From Patescibacteria group bacterium (GTDB taxonomy: Bacteria > Patescibacteriota > Dojkabacteria > GCA-002793355), in the NCBI GenBank assembly GCA_016860985.1, contig BOKM01000001.1, positions 220,185-284,184 on the forward strand: a DNA stretch of 64,000 bases, in the 5' to 3' direction. The position numbers and the translations under genes were made by a program. Below are positions 1 through 8,106 of the stretch, in pieces; the stretch's first letter is position 1, and each line of letters starts with the position of its first letter. The notes under the pieces are model-generated. The model was not told the DNA's origin. It made no database searches and saw nothing but the letters and a program-made list of their open reading frames with translations.

Positions 1-336
1 TCCTACGGCGTAGGTGGAATGATTATGAATAATCGAGACGTATTCTCAGGAACAGATTTCTTACTCCTCACTTCCTATTTTCTCTTTCGTCAAGAAAAAG
101 GAAAGTATGATATCGACCTTCTAATCGTCGGCGCTCCCAAAATTGACCAGGTCTCAATCTTTTTACACAACATAGAAACAAGCTTGCAGCGCGAACTTCT
201 CTATACAATTATCACTCCTGGGGATTTTAAAAATCGTAAGCAAAAGCTAGACCCATTCACCTGGAATATTCTTGAAAAGCCTTCAGTCTTGCTTATTGGC
301 AAACAAGAGGACCTACTGAAAGGTGTTACAAGCTAA
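1..336 (+). CDS. hypothetical protein, 5'-truncated at window edge
   Basis: Frame 1 is open from base 1 and the first ATG is at 19, so the gene probably starts upstream of the window. No recognisable motif. Confidence 0.3.
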   Translation, partial: SYGVGGMIMNNRDVFSGTDFLLLTSYFLFRQEKGKYDIDLLIVGAPKIDQVSIFLHNIETSLQRELLYTIITPGDFKNRKQKLDPFTWNILEKPSVLLIGKQEDLLKGVTS

Positions 337-339
337 GGA

Positions 340-1470
340 TTAAAGAATAAGCATAGAATCTCCGTACGAAAAGAGCTTTGCTTCGTGTTGTATTGCAAAC
401 GTATAAATATCACGCCACGACAACTTTGAATGTTTATACTGCAAAAAGGCATCAACCAAAGTAATTAAAGAACTCTTTGGGAAATGGAAATTTGTTAGCA
501 AACCATCAATGATTTTGAATTGATAAGGTGGGTAAATAAACAGCTGGGTCTCTGAAACAATATCTTTTGCAGTGTCGTCGAACGCTAATAATTTTGGCGC
601 AATACTTTCCAACACGCGTGTTGTTGTTGTTCCCATAGCAACAATTCTTTGCATATTCACTTTTGATTGCTTAATATGCTCGATTGCTTCAGCTCGAACG
701 TAAAAAGGTTCAGCATGTAATACATTCTTTTCAATTTCCTCTTCACGTAGGGGCATAAACGTTCCTCTTCCAACATGCAGCGTAACCTCCTCTATTGCAA
801 CCTTTTTATTAGTAAGCTCGCGCTCAAGTTCCTTCGTAAAATTTAGTGACGCCGTTGGAGCAGCTACCGAACCGGTTTTCTGTGCAAAAATCGTTTGATA
901 GCGGTCTTCATCACTTGGATTTGTTTGGCGCTTGATATATGGAGGCAGGGGGACTTTTCCATATTTCTCGAACAACTCAAATAATTGCTCAACCGTTATT
1001 ACCCCATCAGTTCGATAAAAAAGACCGATAAAGGAATCCCCTTTCTCTTCTAAATCTCGCAAGGCAAAGCCATTACCAAACTCGATATGCGTTAACTGCG
1101 ACAACTTAATTTTTCTTTTTGCCGACAAAAATTCAAGAACAAATCCATTTCGCTTAGTATCAAAGTTTCGCAGGGCGTATTCCTCAAGTGATTGCGCATG
1201 GGGTTCAGATACAAAGACTTCGATTTCTGGAAGTTTTTCACCACTATTGGTAACGGGTATTCCATGCAGCCGCGCGTGGAATACTTTTGTAATATTCCGA
1301 ACTAACACGTCACCGCTCCCAAGATATTCTGAGAGCCGATTATACCTATCCTCAATGATTTCTCCCGTTTGTGTCAAAACTACAAACAATTTGCTTTCTC
1401 CTCGTACGGTTGGGGGGTGCAGGGCTATTGCGCTCTCCGGATATTCATAATCATATTCTGAAACATTCAT
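340..1470 (-). CDS. queA: S-adenosylmethionine:tRNA ribosyltransferase-isomerase
   Basis: 376 aa. N-terminal acidic Y/E run followed by conserved QueA-like blocks (VRGESKLFVV, GTTTTRVLES, FPKSSL). Typical size. Confidence 0.75.
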   Translation of the reverse strand: MNVSEYDYEYPESAIALHPPTVRGESKLFVVLTQTGEIIEDRYNRLSEYLGSGDVLVRNITKVFHARLHGIPVTNSGEKLPEIEVFVSEPHAQSLEEYALRNFDTKRNGFVLEFLSAKRKIKLSQLTHIEFGNGFALRDLEEKGDSFIGLFYRTDGVITVEQLFELFEKYGKVPLPPYIKRQTNPSDEDRYQTIFAQKTGSVAAPTASLNFTKELERELTNKKVAIEEVTLHVGRGTFMPLREEEIEKNVLHAEPFYVRAEAIEHIKQSKVNMQRIVAMGTTTTRVLESIAPKLLAFDDTAKDIVSETQLFIYPPYQFKIIDGLLTNFHFPKSSLITLVDAFLQYKHSKLSWRDIYTFAIQHEAKLFSYGDSMLIL

Positions 1471-1524
1471 TGCCTTTATAACTACTCCATTTATTGTACT
1501 TTTAATATCGCAACTGGAAGGTTA

Positions 1525-1762
1525 GAAAGAGCAGGTTGCACCGTAAGCCCGCTTCTGTTTTATGCAGGAATTTATCTAAGCGTTTACACTTGCTCGACGT
1601 CTGGGGTTATCTATAGCCAATTTGGCATTTCACCGCATTTCTGCGACTATTTCTGTGACCCTATCCGTAAGATTCCTCCTACCGAACTTTCGTTCGAGAC
1701 ATACTCGAGGCGAGACTTTCCTCCCATTTTCAATGAAAATGAGCTCCTGCTCATGCAACCTA
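1525..1762 (-). ncRNA. rnpB: candidate minimal RNase P RNA (bacterial-type P4 motifs)
   Basis: The minus strand contains GGGAGGAAAGTCUCGCC (compare universal GGAAAGUCCGGGC, P4 5' strand) and ACAGAAGCGGGCUUA (compare ACAGAANCCGGCUUA, P4 3' strand). These can form P4 with a bulged U. The terminal complementary pair GGTTGCA/TGCAACC is P1-like, two small hairpins sit between P1 and P4 (P2/P3-like), and an internal GGUGAAA motif is present. Only about 240 nt, far shorter than canonical type A. The ends are approximate. Confidence 0.45.
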
Positions 1763-1815
1763 CTCACGTGTATTTTATCATTTCTAAGTCACTTTTGGCG
1801 AATTACACTGTTTTT

Positions 1816-2592
1816 ATGATCTATACTACACTCCTTGAACCATACCGCTTGTCTACGGTTATTCCATTAGAAGTCACTGTCTTGCGCGGTGCAAGAAGAC
1901 TCCGGCTCTCCACCGCGCTTAGGAAAAAATATGCCGATTTTACACCAAGACTTTGGCATCTTTTGTCAAAACTTGGGTACCAAAAGTATTTACAAAAGAT
2001 TTACGTTCAAATTGATGTTGACTATCAATTAACATCACCCTTTTATCAACTCCCCATGCTTATAGCGATACTAGAAGCAGTAGGGCTCGTTGCATTTTCT
2101 CAACCTGTTCATGTTATCGGAAAATTCTCCGCTGATTATGGTCTCTATTTTCCTGAAGTTGACAGTTCAGAAACACCATTTCCAAGCCTAACATCGAGCC
2201 AAGGAGAGAATGGCGAAAAAATTACTTCTTACCTCAATAAACTCCACACAGCCAGAAATGCTTTTCATCAGTTCACTGGTAGCCATGACATGCTCTTTCC
2301 AGGCGTCGTTTTCCATCTAAACCAAATTGATATAGCCAAAACACCGCTTACGATACTTAAAAAGATTCCAAACGAAACGATTGAACAATCAAAGGTTTAT
2401 ATTTCATATCGAAAACATGCGATACAGAATGACCTGTTGTCATTTATACTTTCAAAACCGCGCCCTAAAGAGTGCTTTGTTGAATATAAGCCCTGCTTCT
2501 GCGAACAGAAAAAATGCACGTGTACAAGGCAAAATAGATTAATACACGATGAACAACTGTATAAAATCCGTACTTATTGGAATCTTTTTTAA
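1816..2592 (+). CDS. hypothetical protein; start uncertain
   Basis: The 840-nt open frame 1753..2592 is unlikely by chance in an AT-rich genome. Its 5' part overlaps the putative rnpB on the opposite strand, so a later Met (1816 or beyond) is assumed. No recognisable domain. Converges on rpsI with a 4-nt overlap. Confidence 0.3.
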   Translation: MIYTTLLEPYRLSTVIPLEVTVLRGARRLRLSTALRKKYADFTPRLWHLLSKLGYQKYLQKIYVQIDVDYQLTSPFYQLPMLIAILEAVGLVAFSQPVHVIGKFSADYGLYFPEVDSSETPFPSLTSSQGENGEKITSYLNKLHTARNAFHQFTGSHDMLFPGVVFHLNQIDIAKTPLTILKKIPNETIEQSKVYISYRKHAIQNDLLSFILSKPRPKECFVEYKPCFCEQKKCTCTRQNRLIHDEQLYKIRTYWNLF

Positions 2593-2993
2593 CGCTTCGA
2601 GAATCGTGGTGCTTTTCGAGCTTTCTTCAATCCAGCTTTCTTTCTTTCGACTGCACGTGGATCTCGAGTCATAAGCCCTTCATTTCTCAATCCGGACTTG
2701 AGTTTTGCATCAAATTCGACAAGTGCTCGTGCCAATCCCAAAGAGATAGCATCGGCCCAACCTGTAACACCACCACCAGTAGCACTCACAGACACGCTGA
2801 ATTTGCCAATCATTCCTGCGACAGCAAATGGTTTTAACACTTTTTCTTGTGCTAACGCGCTTGGGAAAACTTGGTCAAGTGTTTTTCCATTAATGACAAA
2901 AGTTTTGGCATCATCTTGTACGATTCTTACGCGAGCAGTTGCCTCTTTTCTTCTGCCGATTCCTTCATAATATTTAACTTTCACGGTTGCCAT
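2589..2993 (-). CDS. rpsI: 30S ribosomal protein S9
   Basis: 134 aa; ends with the ...RKAPRFSKR S9 signature. Confidence 0.9.
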   Translation of the reverse strand: MATVKVKYYEGIGRRKEATARVRIVQDDAKTFVINGKTLDQVFPSALAQEKVLKPFAVAGMIGKFSVSVSATGGGVTGWADAISLGLARALVEFDAKLKSGLRNEGLMTRDPRAVERKKAGLKKARKAPRFSKR

Positions 2994-2996
2994 TGT

Positions 2997-3464
2997 TTAT
3001 ACGGTAATCTTAGTTGGCTTTTGTGCTGCGTGCGGATGTGTTGCTTCAGCGTAAATATTCAATCTTGAAAGAAAGATATCCTTCATTTTGGTATCTGGAA
3101 GCATGCCTTTGATAGCAGTTCGGATAACCTTTGCTGGATTTTCTTTCATTAATAGATTCACTTTTTCTTTTTTCAAACCGCTTGGATAGCCGGTATAGTG
3201 CTGAATCTTGAGGTATTGCTCTTTTTGTCCGGTCAATTTTACTGCACCGGCATTAACAATGATCACAAAGTGCCCCATATCAATATTTGGAACATAAGAT
3301 GGAGTCGTTTTACCCATAAGGTATTTTGCAACTTTGCCTGCAAGTCTACCTAATGATATTCCAGTTGCATCAAATTCATACCAATCACGCTTCACATCTT
3401 TTGCGCTAACCCAAGTTGTTTTGTTGCTTGGTGTGACGCTTTTTTCGGTTCGCTTATTGTTCAT
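2997..3464 (-). CDS. rplM: 50S ribosomal protein L13
   Basis: 155 aa. The L13 core (WYEFDATGISLGRLA...HYTGYPSG) sits upstream of rpsI as in the canonical rplM-rpsI operon. Confidence 0.9.
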   Translation of the reverse strand: MNNKRTEKSVTPSNKTTWVSAKDVKRDWYEFDATGISLGRLAGKVAKYLMGKTTPSYVPNIDMGHFVIIVNAGAVKLTGQKEQYLKIQHYTGYPSGLKKEKVNLLMKENPAKVIRTAIKGMLPDTKMKDIFLSRLNIYAEATHPHAAQKPTKITV

Positions 3465-3843
3465 TGGTCTTCTGTGCTTCGAAATTTATTACTGTTACTT
3501 CGTACTGGGGAGCGCTATCGCCCTTTCGTGGCTGTGTTTGAACAACTGACACAGCGAAGTTTTTGCTTAACTGCTTAAGTTTTTCGGCAACACGCTTGCT
3601 GTACTTAACTGTAGAAACTTCGGCCTTTAACCATCTTTTCGAATCCAACGAAGTTCCTAGTTTATTGTAAGCTGATACCTTTGAAAGTGAATAAGCTTTT
3701 AGTGCCGCTGCACGTGGTTTTGTTGTGGTAACCTTTCCGTACATCATAAGCGAAGTAAACAAGTTCTTAATAAGAGACTTGTCGTGTTGCTTACTGCTTT
3801 GGTTAAGGTTAAGCCTTTTTACTCTTTTTCGCATTCTTTGCAA
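3454..3843 (-). CDS. rplQ: 50S ribosomal protein L17
   Basis: N-terminal L17-like MRKRVKRLNLNQSSKQH...LFTSLMMYGKVTTT, located downstream of rpoA. The start may be 9 nt internal to the called ORF. Confidence 0.85.
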   Translation of the reverse strand: MQRMRKRVKRLNLNQSSKQHDKSLIKNLFTSLMMYGKVTTTKPRAAALKAYSLSKVSAYNKLGTSLDSKRWLKAEVSTVKYSKRVAEKLKQLSKNFAVSVVQTQPRKGDSAPQYEVTVINFEAQKTNEQ

Positions 3844-4756
3844 AACCTAAGTTATACTGATCGAGTAACTCTGAAAGCTCTTTTACCTGCTTTGCAGTAA
3901 GTTTGAGATCCTTTGAATAGAACGTTTTTGGTTGAGCTGCAACTTCTGCAAGTGTTTCAATTTTTGCTGCTTCCAATTTTGTAATTGTTTTTGCATCAAC
4001 ACCGAGTTCAGAAACTTTCCAGTCTGTCATAGTTACAGCTTCTGTTGAGGTTTCTTCGTTTAGTTCACTTCCAAATACAACAGCTGCCTGGCCAAAGAAA
4101 GAACGGAGGATTGCACCTGATTGAGCGATTGCGTCTTCTGGAGATACTGTTCCATCGGTTGTGATTGTCATCATGACTTTGTCTAAGTCTGCCTGAGATC
4201 CTTTTCGTGCAGGAAGAACTGTGAATTCGACCAAACGAACAGGGCTGAAGATTGTGTCCACAGGGATTCGTCCAATTTCGTCTCGGAGTGATTCGTCTGC
4301 TCTCTTATAACCAACGCCTTTTTCGACGATTGCTTCAAGGTTTAATGAGGTTGAATCATCAGTGATTTCTGCAATAACATAATCTGCGTTGACGATTTCA
4401 ACTCCTTTTGCAACAACAAGATCTTTTGCTTTAATAACTCCCTTCCCTTTCTTATTAAGTGTCATGACTGATGAGGTTTCTTTGCCTTCCATCTTTACCC
4501 GAACATTTTTAAGACGTAGCACAATATCCAACACATTCTGCTTCACTCCTGGGATAGTTGTGTATTCGTGTGTAAGGTTATTAATTCTGACACTGGTAAT
4601 TGCAGCACCTTCAAGAGATGAAAGCATCACACGTCGCATTGCATTGCCAAGTGTGTTACCGTAACCTTTTGGTAAAGGCGAAATCTCGAAAGAAGCAATT
4701 GATCCAACTTCCTTTTCGGAAACTTTGGTAAGTGTGATTCCTGAAAAATCTACCAT
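3809..4756 (-). CDS. rpoA: DNA-directed RNA polymerase subunit alpha
   Basis: Alpha N-terminal domain blocks (PLPKGYGNTLGNAMRRVMLSSLEGAAITSV) plus a C-terminal domain. Start chosen at the MVDFSGIT Met. Confidence 0.9.
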   Translation of the reverse strand: MVDFSGITLTKVSEKEVGSIASFEISPLPKGYGNTLGNAMRRVMLSSLEGAAITSVRINNLTHEYTTIPGVKQNVLDIVLRLKNVRVKMEGKETSSVMTLNKKGKGVIKAKDLVVAKGVEIVNADYVIAEITDDSTSLNLEAIVEKGVGYKRADESLRDEIGRIPVDTIFSPVRLVEFTVLPARKGSQADLDKVMMTITTDGTVSPEDAIAQSGAILRSFFGQAAVVFGSELNEETSTEAVTMTDWKVSELGVDAKTITKLEAAKIETLAEVAAQPKTFYSKDLKLTAKQVKELSELLDQYNLGFAKNAKKSKKA

Positions 4757-4772
4757 ATTCCTATACATAAAG

Positions 4773-5396
4773 TTATCTCGAGTACAACTCGACAATTAAG
4801 TTTTCTCTGATTGAAGGATCAATCTGCTGCCTTGTTGGCAAGGACGCTACAGTGATCGTATTCTTAGCAACGTTCAACCATGCTGGAACCATTGGCCCCT
4901 TATAGTCGACTTTGCCATACTGATACATATCTTCCTTAAGTTCAATAACATCGTTCACTCTAACAACAAACGAAGGAATCGTTACTCGCTTTCCGTTCAC
5001 ATATACGTGTCCGTGAGATACGAATTGTCTTGACGCGTTTTTAGATTTGGCGAGCATTGCCACATAAATTACGTTATCCAAGCGCCTTTCAAGCATTTGT
5101 AACATAACGTAACCTTTATCTTGGTTTGAGTTCTTTGCGGTCTTAACGGCAAGCGCATAGAATCTTCTGAATTGCTTCTCTTTCATGCCATACAAGCGCT
5201 TAACCTTTTGTTTTTCACGCAACTGTCTTGCATATGAAGAGAGTTTTGAAGGCTGCACACCGTGCTGACCTGGTTTGGTTTGTCGTTTGCCCCAAGCTTC
5301 CTTTGCAGAAAAACTTCGTGCACCTTTAACAAAGAGGTTTGTTCCTTCTCTTCTGCTTAATCTTTCTTTTGGTCCAATCATATTCTTAGTAATCAA
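4773..5396 (-). CDS. rpsD: 30S ribosomal protein S4
   Basis: 207 aa with an S4 N-terminal (GPKERLSRREG) and an S4 RNA-binding domain. Confidence 0.9.
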   Translation of the reverse strand: MITKNMIGPKERLSRREGTNLFVKGARSFSAKEAWGKRQTKPGQHGVQPSKLSSYARQLREKQKVKRLYGMKEKQFRRFYALAVKTAKNSNQDKGYVMLQMLERRLDNVIYVAMLAKSKNASRQFVSHGHVYVNGKRVTIPSFVVRVNDVIELKEDMYQYGKVDYKGPMVPAWLNVAKNTITVASLPTRQQIDPSIRENLIVELYSR

Positions 5397-5401
5397 CTAA
5401 C

Positions 5402-5812
5402 CTACTTTCGTGGTTTACGCGGTGGACGACATCCATTGTGTGGAGTTCTCGTCATATCCGCAAGTAATGTAACAGACAATCCTGCTGACGCAAGACCTTT
5501 TACTGCTGCGTTTCTACCAACGCCTGCACCTTTTACAAATACTTTAACTTCTCGCAATCCATATTTATCAATTGCTTCAGTTGCTGCTGCAAAAGCTGCT
5601 TTAGTTGCCGCGTACGGTGTCTTTTTCTTTGAATTCTTAAAACCTACTCGAGCTGGGGTGTACTGAACGAGTGCATTTCCGGATTCGTCGGTAAGAGTCA
5701 CAACCGTATTGTTAAAGGTTGCCAAGATATGTGCTTCTCCAGCCAAGACCTTGACCTTTGCCTTCTTTGACTTTTTTACGACTGCTGCTTGTGTTTTCTT
5801 TGTTTCTGCCAT
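5402..5812 (-). CDS. rpsK: 30S ribosomal protein S11
   Basis: C-terminal S11 signature TRTPHNGCRPPRKPRK. Confidence 0.9.
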   Translation of the reverse strand: MAETKKTQAAVVKKSKKAKVKVLAGEAHILATFNNTVVTLTDESGNALVQYTPARVGFKNSKKKTPYAATKAAFAAATEAIDKYGLREVKVFVKGAGVGRNAAVKGLASAGLSVTLLADMTRTPHNGCRPPRKPRK

Positions 5813-5832
5813 ACTAAATCAAGGTAAGAAAA

Positions 5833-6216
5833 TTAAGTCTTTGTAATCTTTGGATTAAGACCACCTACTGCCATGTTTCTACCTCGGCGAGTATGTGCAT
5901 TGTGTCTCGTTCTCTGACCACGAACAGGCATATTAATAATATGTCTAACTCCGCGGTAGTTTCTAATATCTTTGAGTCTTCGAATGTGTTCACGAACTTC
6001 CTGTCGTAAGTAACCCTCAACGACATAGTTTTCTTCAATGAAGTTCTGGATTGCTTTTATTTCTGGATCTTTAAGCTCGTGAGCTCGTTTGTCTGGATCA
6101 ATCTTGCATACTGTACAGATTTTTTCTGCACGTGCAGGTCCGATTCCAAAAAGATAACGAAGTGAGATCCTCACTTTTTTGTCATCCGGGATTTGTATAC
6201 CTAATATTCGTGGCAT
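5833..6216 (-). CDS. rpsM: 30S ribosomal protein S13
   Basis: MPRILGIQIPDDKKV...YRGVRH S13 pattern. Confidence 0.9.
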   Translation of the reverse strand: MPRILGIQIPDDKKVRISLRYLFGIGPARAEKICTVCKIDPDKRAHELKDPEIKAIQNFIEENYVVEGYLRQEVREHIRRLKDIRNYRGVRHIINMPVRGQRTRHNAHTRRGRNMAVGGLNPKITKT

Positions 6217-6233
6217 ATGATGCTATCAATAAG

Positions 6234-6377
6234 TTATCCTTGCTTCTGCTTATGCCTGGGGTTGGCGCTGCAATATACATATACAACCTTTTTATGCGGT
6301 TTATGCGCGCCCTTTTTAGTGCGGATAACTACGTAGCACTTAGGGCATCGCTTGGTTACGCTTGCTTTAACCTTCAT
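6234..6377 (-). CDS. rpmJ: 50S ribosomal protein L36
   Basis: Below the ORF-track length cutoff, so translated by hand. The 47-aa product [47 protein letters not shown] has the C-x2-C...C zinc ribbon of L36. Its ATG overlaps the infA stop as ATGA. Confidence 0.75.
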   Translation of the reverse strand: MKVKASVTKRCPKCYVVIRTKKGAHKPHKKVVYVYCSANPRHKQKQG

Positions 6378-6586
6378 CGATACCTATAAACAATTTTACC
6401 TTGGCCTGGATCGTACTCCGAGACCTCTATTTTGACCTTATCATTATCTGTGATAACAATATGGTTCATTCTTATTTTTCCGGAGACGTAACAGATAAAC
6501 TGTCGCTTCTTGCCGTTATGCTCAACTTCTACCTTATACTTCCCATCTGGGAGTGAAGAGAGAATTTTTCCGTCGAGCGATATCAT
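6374..6586 (-). CDS. infA: translation initiation factor IF-1
   Basis: S1-like IF-1 core ([45 protein letters not shown]...GKIVYRYR). Start trimmed to the MISLDGKI Met. Confidence 0.85.
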   Translation of the reverse strand: MISLDGKILSSLPDGKYKVEVEHNGKKRQFICYVSGKIRMNHIVITDNDKVKIEVSEYDPGQGKIVYRYR

Positions 6587-6729
6587 AAGACGCTTAATTA
6601 TATCAGAGGTTTTCTGACATAGCAACTAATTTATTCCGGAGAGCATTGTTACAATGCAAGTCGGAGGAATATATTCTGCGCAAAGGAACTTTGCATGCAA
6701 ATTCTTGCATCCCCTTAAGGGGGCGGAAT

Positions 6730-7347
6730 CTAACTTGACGGCATTCTACCTGTCACAGCACGCTTTGTCAACACAGGAGTCCCCAACTTCAGGACACCTT
6801 TCACTTTCTCCCCTTTCTGCCATACGCGACTTCCCACCCATTCCCATTTTGATTTCATTTGCACAAGTCCTTTTTTTCGGAAATCTTTAAGGTAATTACC
6901 TATAAATTGCGGTAGCTGCTGAAACGGTTCGGTACTTGATATTCCTTCTTCAAGTTTAATTTCAGCTGAAAAATCATTAAGCGCCGCAACAAGAATCGGC
7001 ATATCGCCACGGGTGACACTTGATATAGTGCCAATCTTGAAGTAGCCTCCTTCTGTTTCCAATCGAATATCGATTGGATGGATAGGTCTAGACTTCAGTT
7101 CTTTCAACTTCCACATAAATAAAGCGCCAAGATTTCCACTCGCCTCAGAAGAAGCGGTTACATAGTGAAGCGCATCCATTATTAGCTCCTGCTCTTCGTT
7201 CTTAGCAATTTTCATATACAACGCCTTATGGCGTGGATCATTAAGCTTTTGAGTCAAGAGCATCCCAAGTTCCTGAAATGGATACCGAATACGATTACGA
7301 CGAGCATTTATCTCCTCTACTATTTGTTGAAGATTGATAGTAAGCAT
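6730..7347 (-). CDS. hypothetical protein (B')
   Basis: The called ORF 6730..7515 reads as out-of-frame junk for its first ~55 codons, where it overlaps the upstream gene. The plausible start is the MLTINLQQ Met, giving about 206 aa. No recognisable domain. Confidence 0.35.
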   Translation of the reverse strand: MLTINLQQIVEEINARRNRIRYPFQELGMLLTQKLNDPRHKALYMKIAKNEEQELIMDALHYVTASSEASGNLGALFMWKLKELKSRPIHPIDIRLETEGGYFKIGTISSVTRGDMPILVAALNDFSAEIKLEEGISSTEPFQQLPQFIGNYLKDFRKKGLVQMKSKWEWVGSRVWQKGEKVKGVLKLGTPVLTKRAVTGRMPSS

Positions 7348-7354
7348 CTTCGCC

Positions 7355-7753
7355 TTATTGGATATTTCCGATATTATATGCCCCAAGTTCCTCTGCAGGC
7401 ACTCGCTCGCCACTATCAACAAATCTTGGGGCCAAGGTTCGTCTTCTTTGATCACCCTGTAAACGCAAATACTGAATCCTCGACTGTTCCGAATCGTCAT
7501 GAAGGTCCAAGTCAACTACTGCGACATATCGGAGTGTTGCCCTAATACGTTCACCTCCAGGAGAAACTAATGTTCCTCCTAATATGAGTTCTGGTGCGGA
7601 AACAACAAGTAGTCTATTCGCTCCGACGTGGGTTTTTGCTTGACTGTTGGGATTATCCGGGTTCGCATATGTTTGAAGCGCCTCGCGTTCGTCGACCTGT
7701 GGCAACGTTTGCAAAATCATACCGGGAAAAACTTCAGCTGGTTCTTCTCTCAT
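7355..7753 (-). CDS. hypothetical protein (A'), Arg/Glu/Pro-rich
   Basis: 132 aa. Its local GC and amino-acid composition (R, E, P, A, G) differ from the K/I/N-rich genes around it. Contains GGTLVSPGG...VAVVDLDLHDD, vaguely nucleotidyltransferase-like, but the spacing is atypical. Confidence 0.35.
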   Translation of the reverse strand: MREEPAEVFPGMILQTLPQVDEREALQTYANPDNPNSQAKTHVGANRLLVVSAPELILGGTLVSPGGERIRATLRYVAVVDLDLHDDSEQSRIQYLRLQGDQRRRTLAPRFVDSGERVPAEELGAYNIGNIQ

Positions 7754-7772
7754 AATGGAGATTATACAGTAA

Positions 7773-7905
7773 TGCCGCTACGGGGAATCGCCTACCTCGT
7801 AATATATTCATTGGCGCTACGCGTACTAAGGGATTACGTCCTCAGGCCCTCCCGCTTCGTCGAATGTACATTGTTACATTCTCCTTGGGGTTTCGATTCC
7901 TCCAT
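7773..7905 (-). repeat. conserved tRNA-Glu-associated element, copy A
   Basis: In minus orientation it ends GGCGATTCCCCGTAGCGGCA, the same as the last ~18 nt of tRNA-Glu, but without the 5' T-stem strand. The interior is homologous to copy B (45007..45137), and an internal hairpin shows compensatory changes (ATGTAACAATGTACAT versus ATGTGCCAACGCACAT). Confidence 0.5.
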
Positions 7906-7996
7906 TTTTATGATTTCACAAATTCATTTTAGTTAAGTGTTTGGAATAAATAAAAACAACTAGATGGTTGTTTCGCAAAACAAAAAATTTGTGAAA

Positions 7997-8068
7997 TGCC
8001 GCTACGGGGAATCGAACCCCGCCTCCTAGGATGAGAACCTAGTGTCCTAGCCGATAGACGATAGCGGC
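7997..8068 (-). tRNA. tRNA-Glu (anticodon CUC)
   Basis: Hand-folded cloverleaf GCCGCTA/TAGCGGC acceptor, TTCGATT T-loop and anticodon loop TTCTCAT. CCA is not encoded. Confidence 0.85.
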
Positions 8069-8106
8069 GAATGTGGAATTATAGCAAATTATTTTGTCAA
8101 AAGGTA

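Noticed and set aside
1622-1819. ORF-track ORF (65 aa), with the first ~20 codons of ORF 1753..2592, lying over the putative rnpB.
   Set aside because: It lies antisense to or overlapping the RNase P RNA-like element and has no coding signature, so it is treated as spurious. The longer ORF was kept only from a downstream Met.
6730-7753. Possible programmed or pseudogenising frameshift joining ORFs 7355..7753 and 6730..7515 into one roughly 340-aa gene (for example an RF2-like +1 frameshift).
   Set aside because: The first ~55 codons of the downstream ORF read as out-of-frame junk. A clean Met (MLTINLQQ) gives two separate genes with a 9-nt overlap. No GGQ/SPF motifs were found. Two genes is the simpler explanation.
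7773-7905. Second, degenerate tRNA gene or split tRNA half next to tRNA-Glu.
   Set aside because: Only the 3'-terminal ~18 nt are tRNA-like. No 5' acceptor strand (GCCGCTA), D-arm or anticodon arm can be found on either strand.
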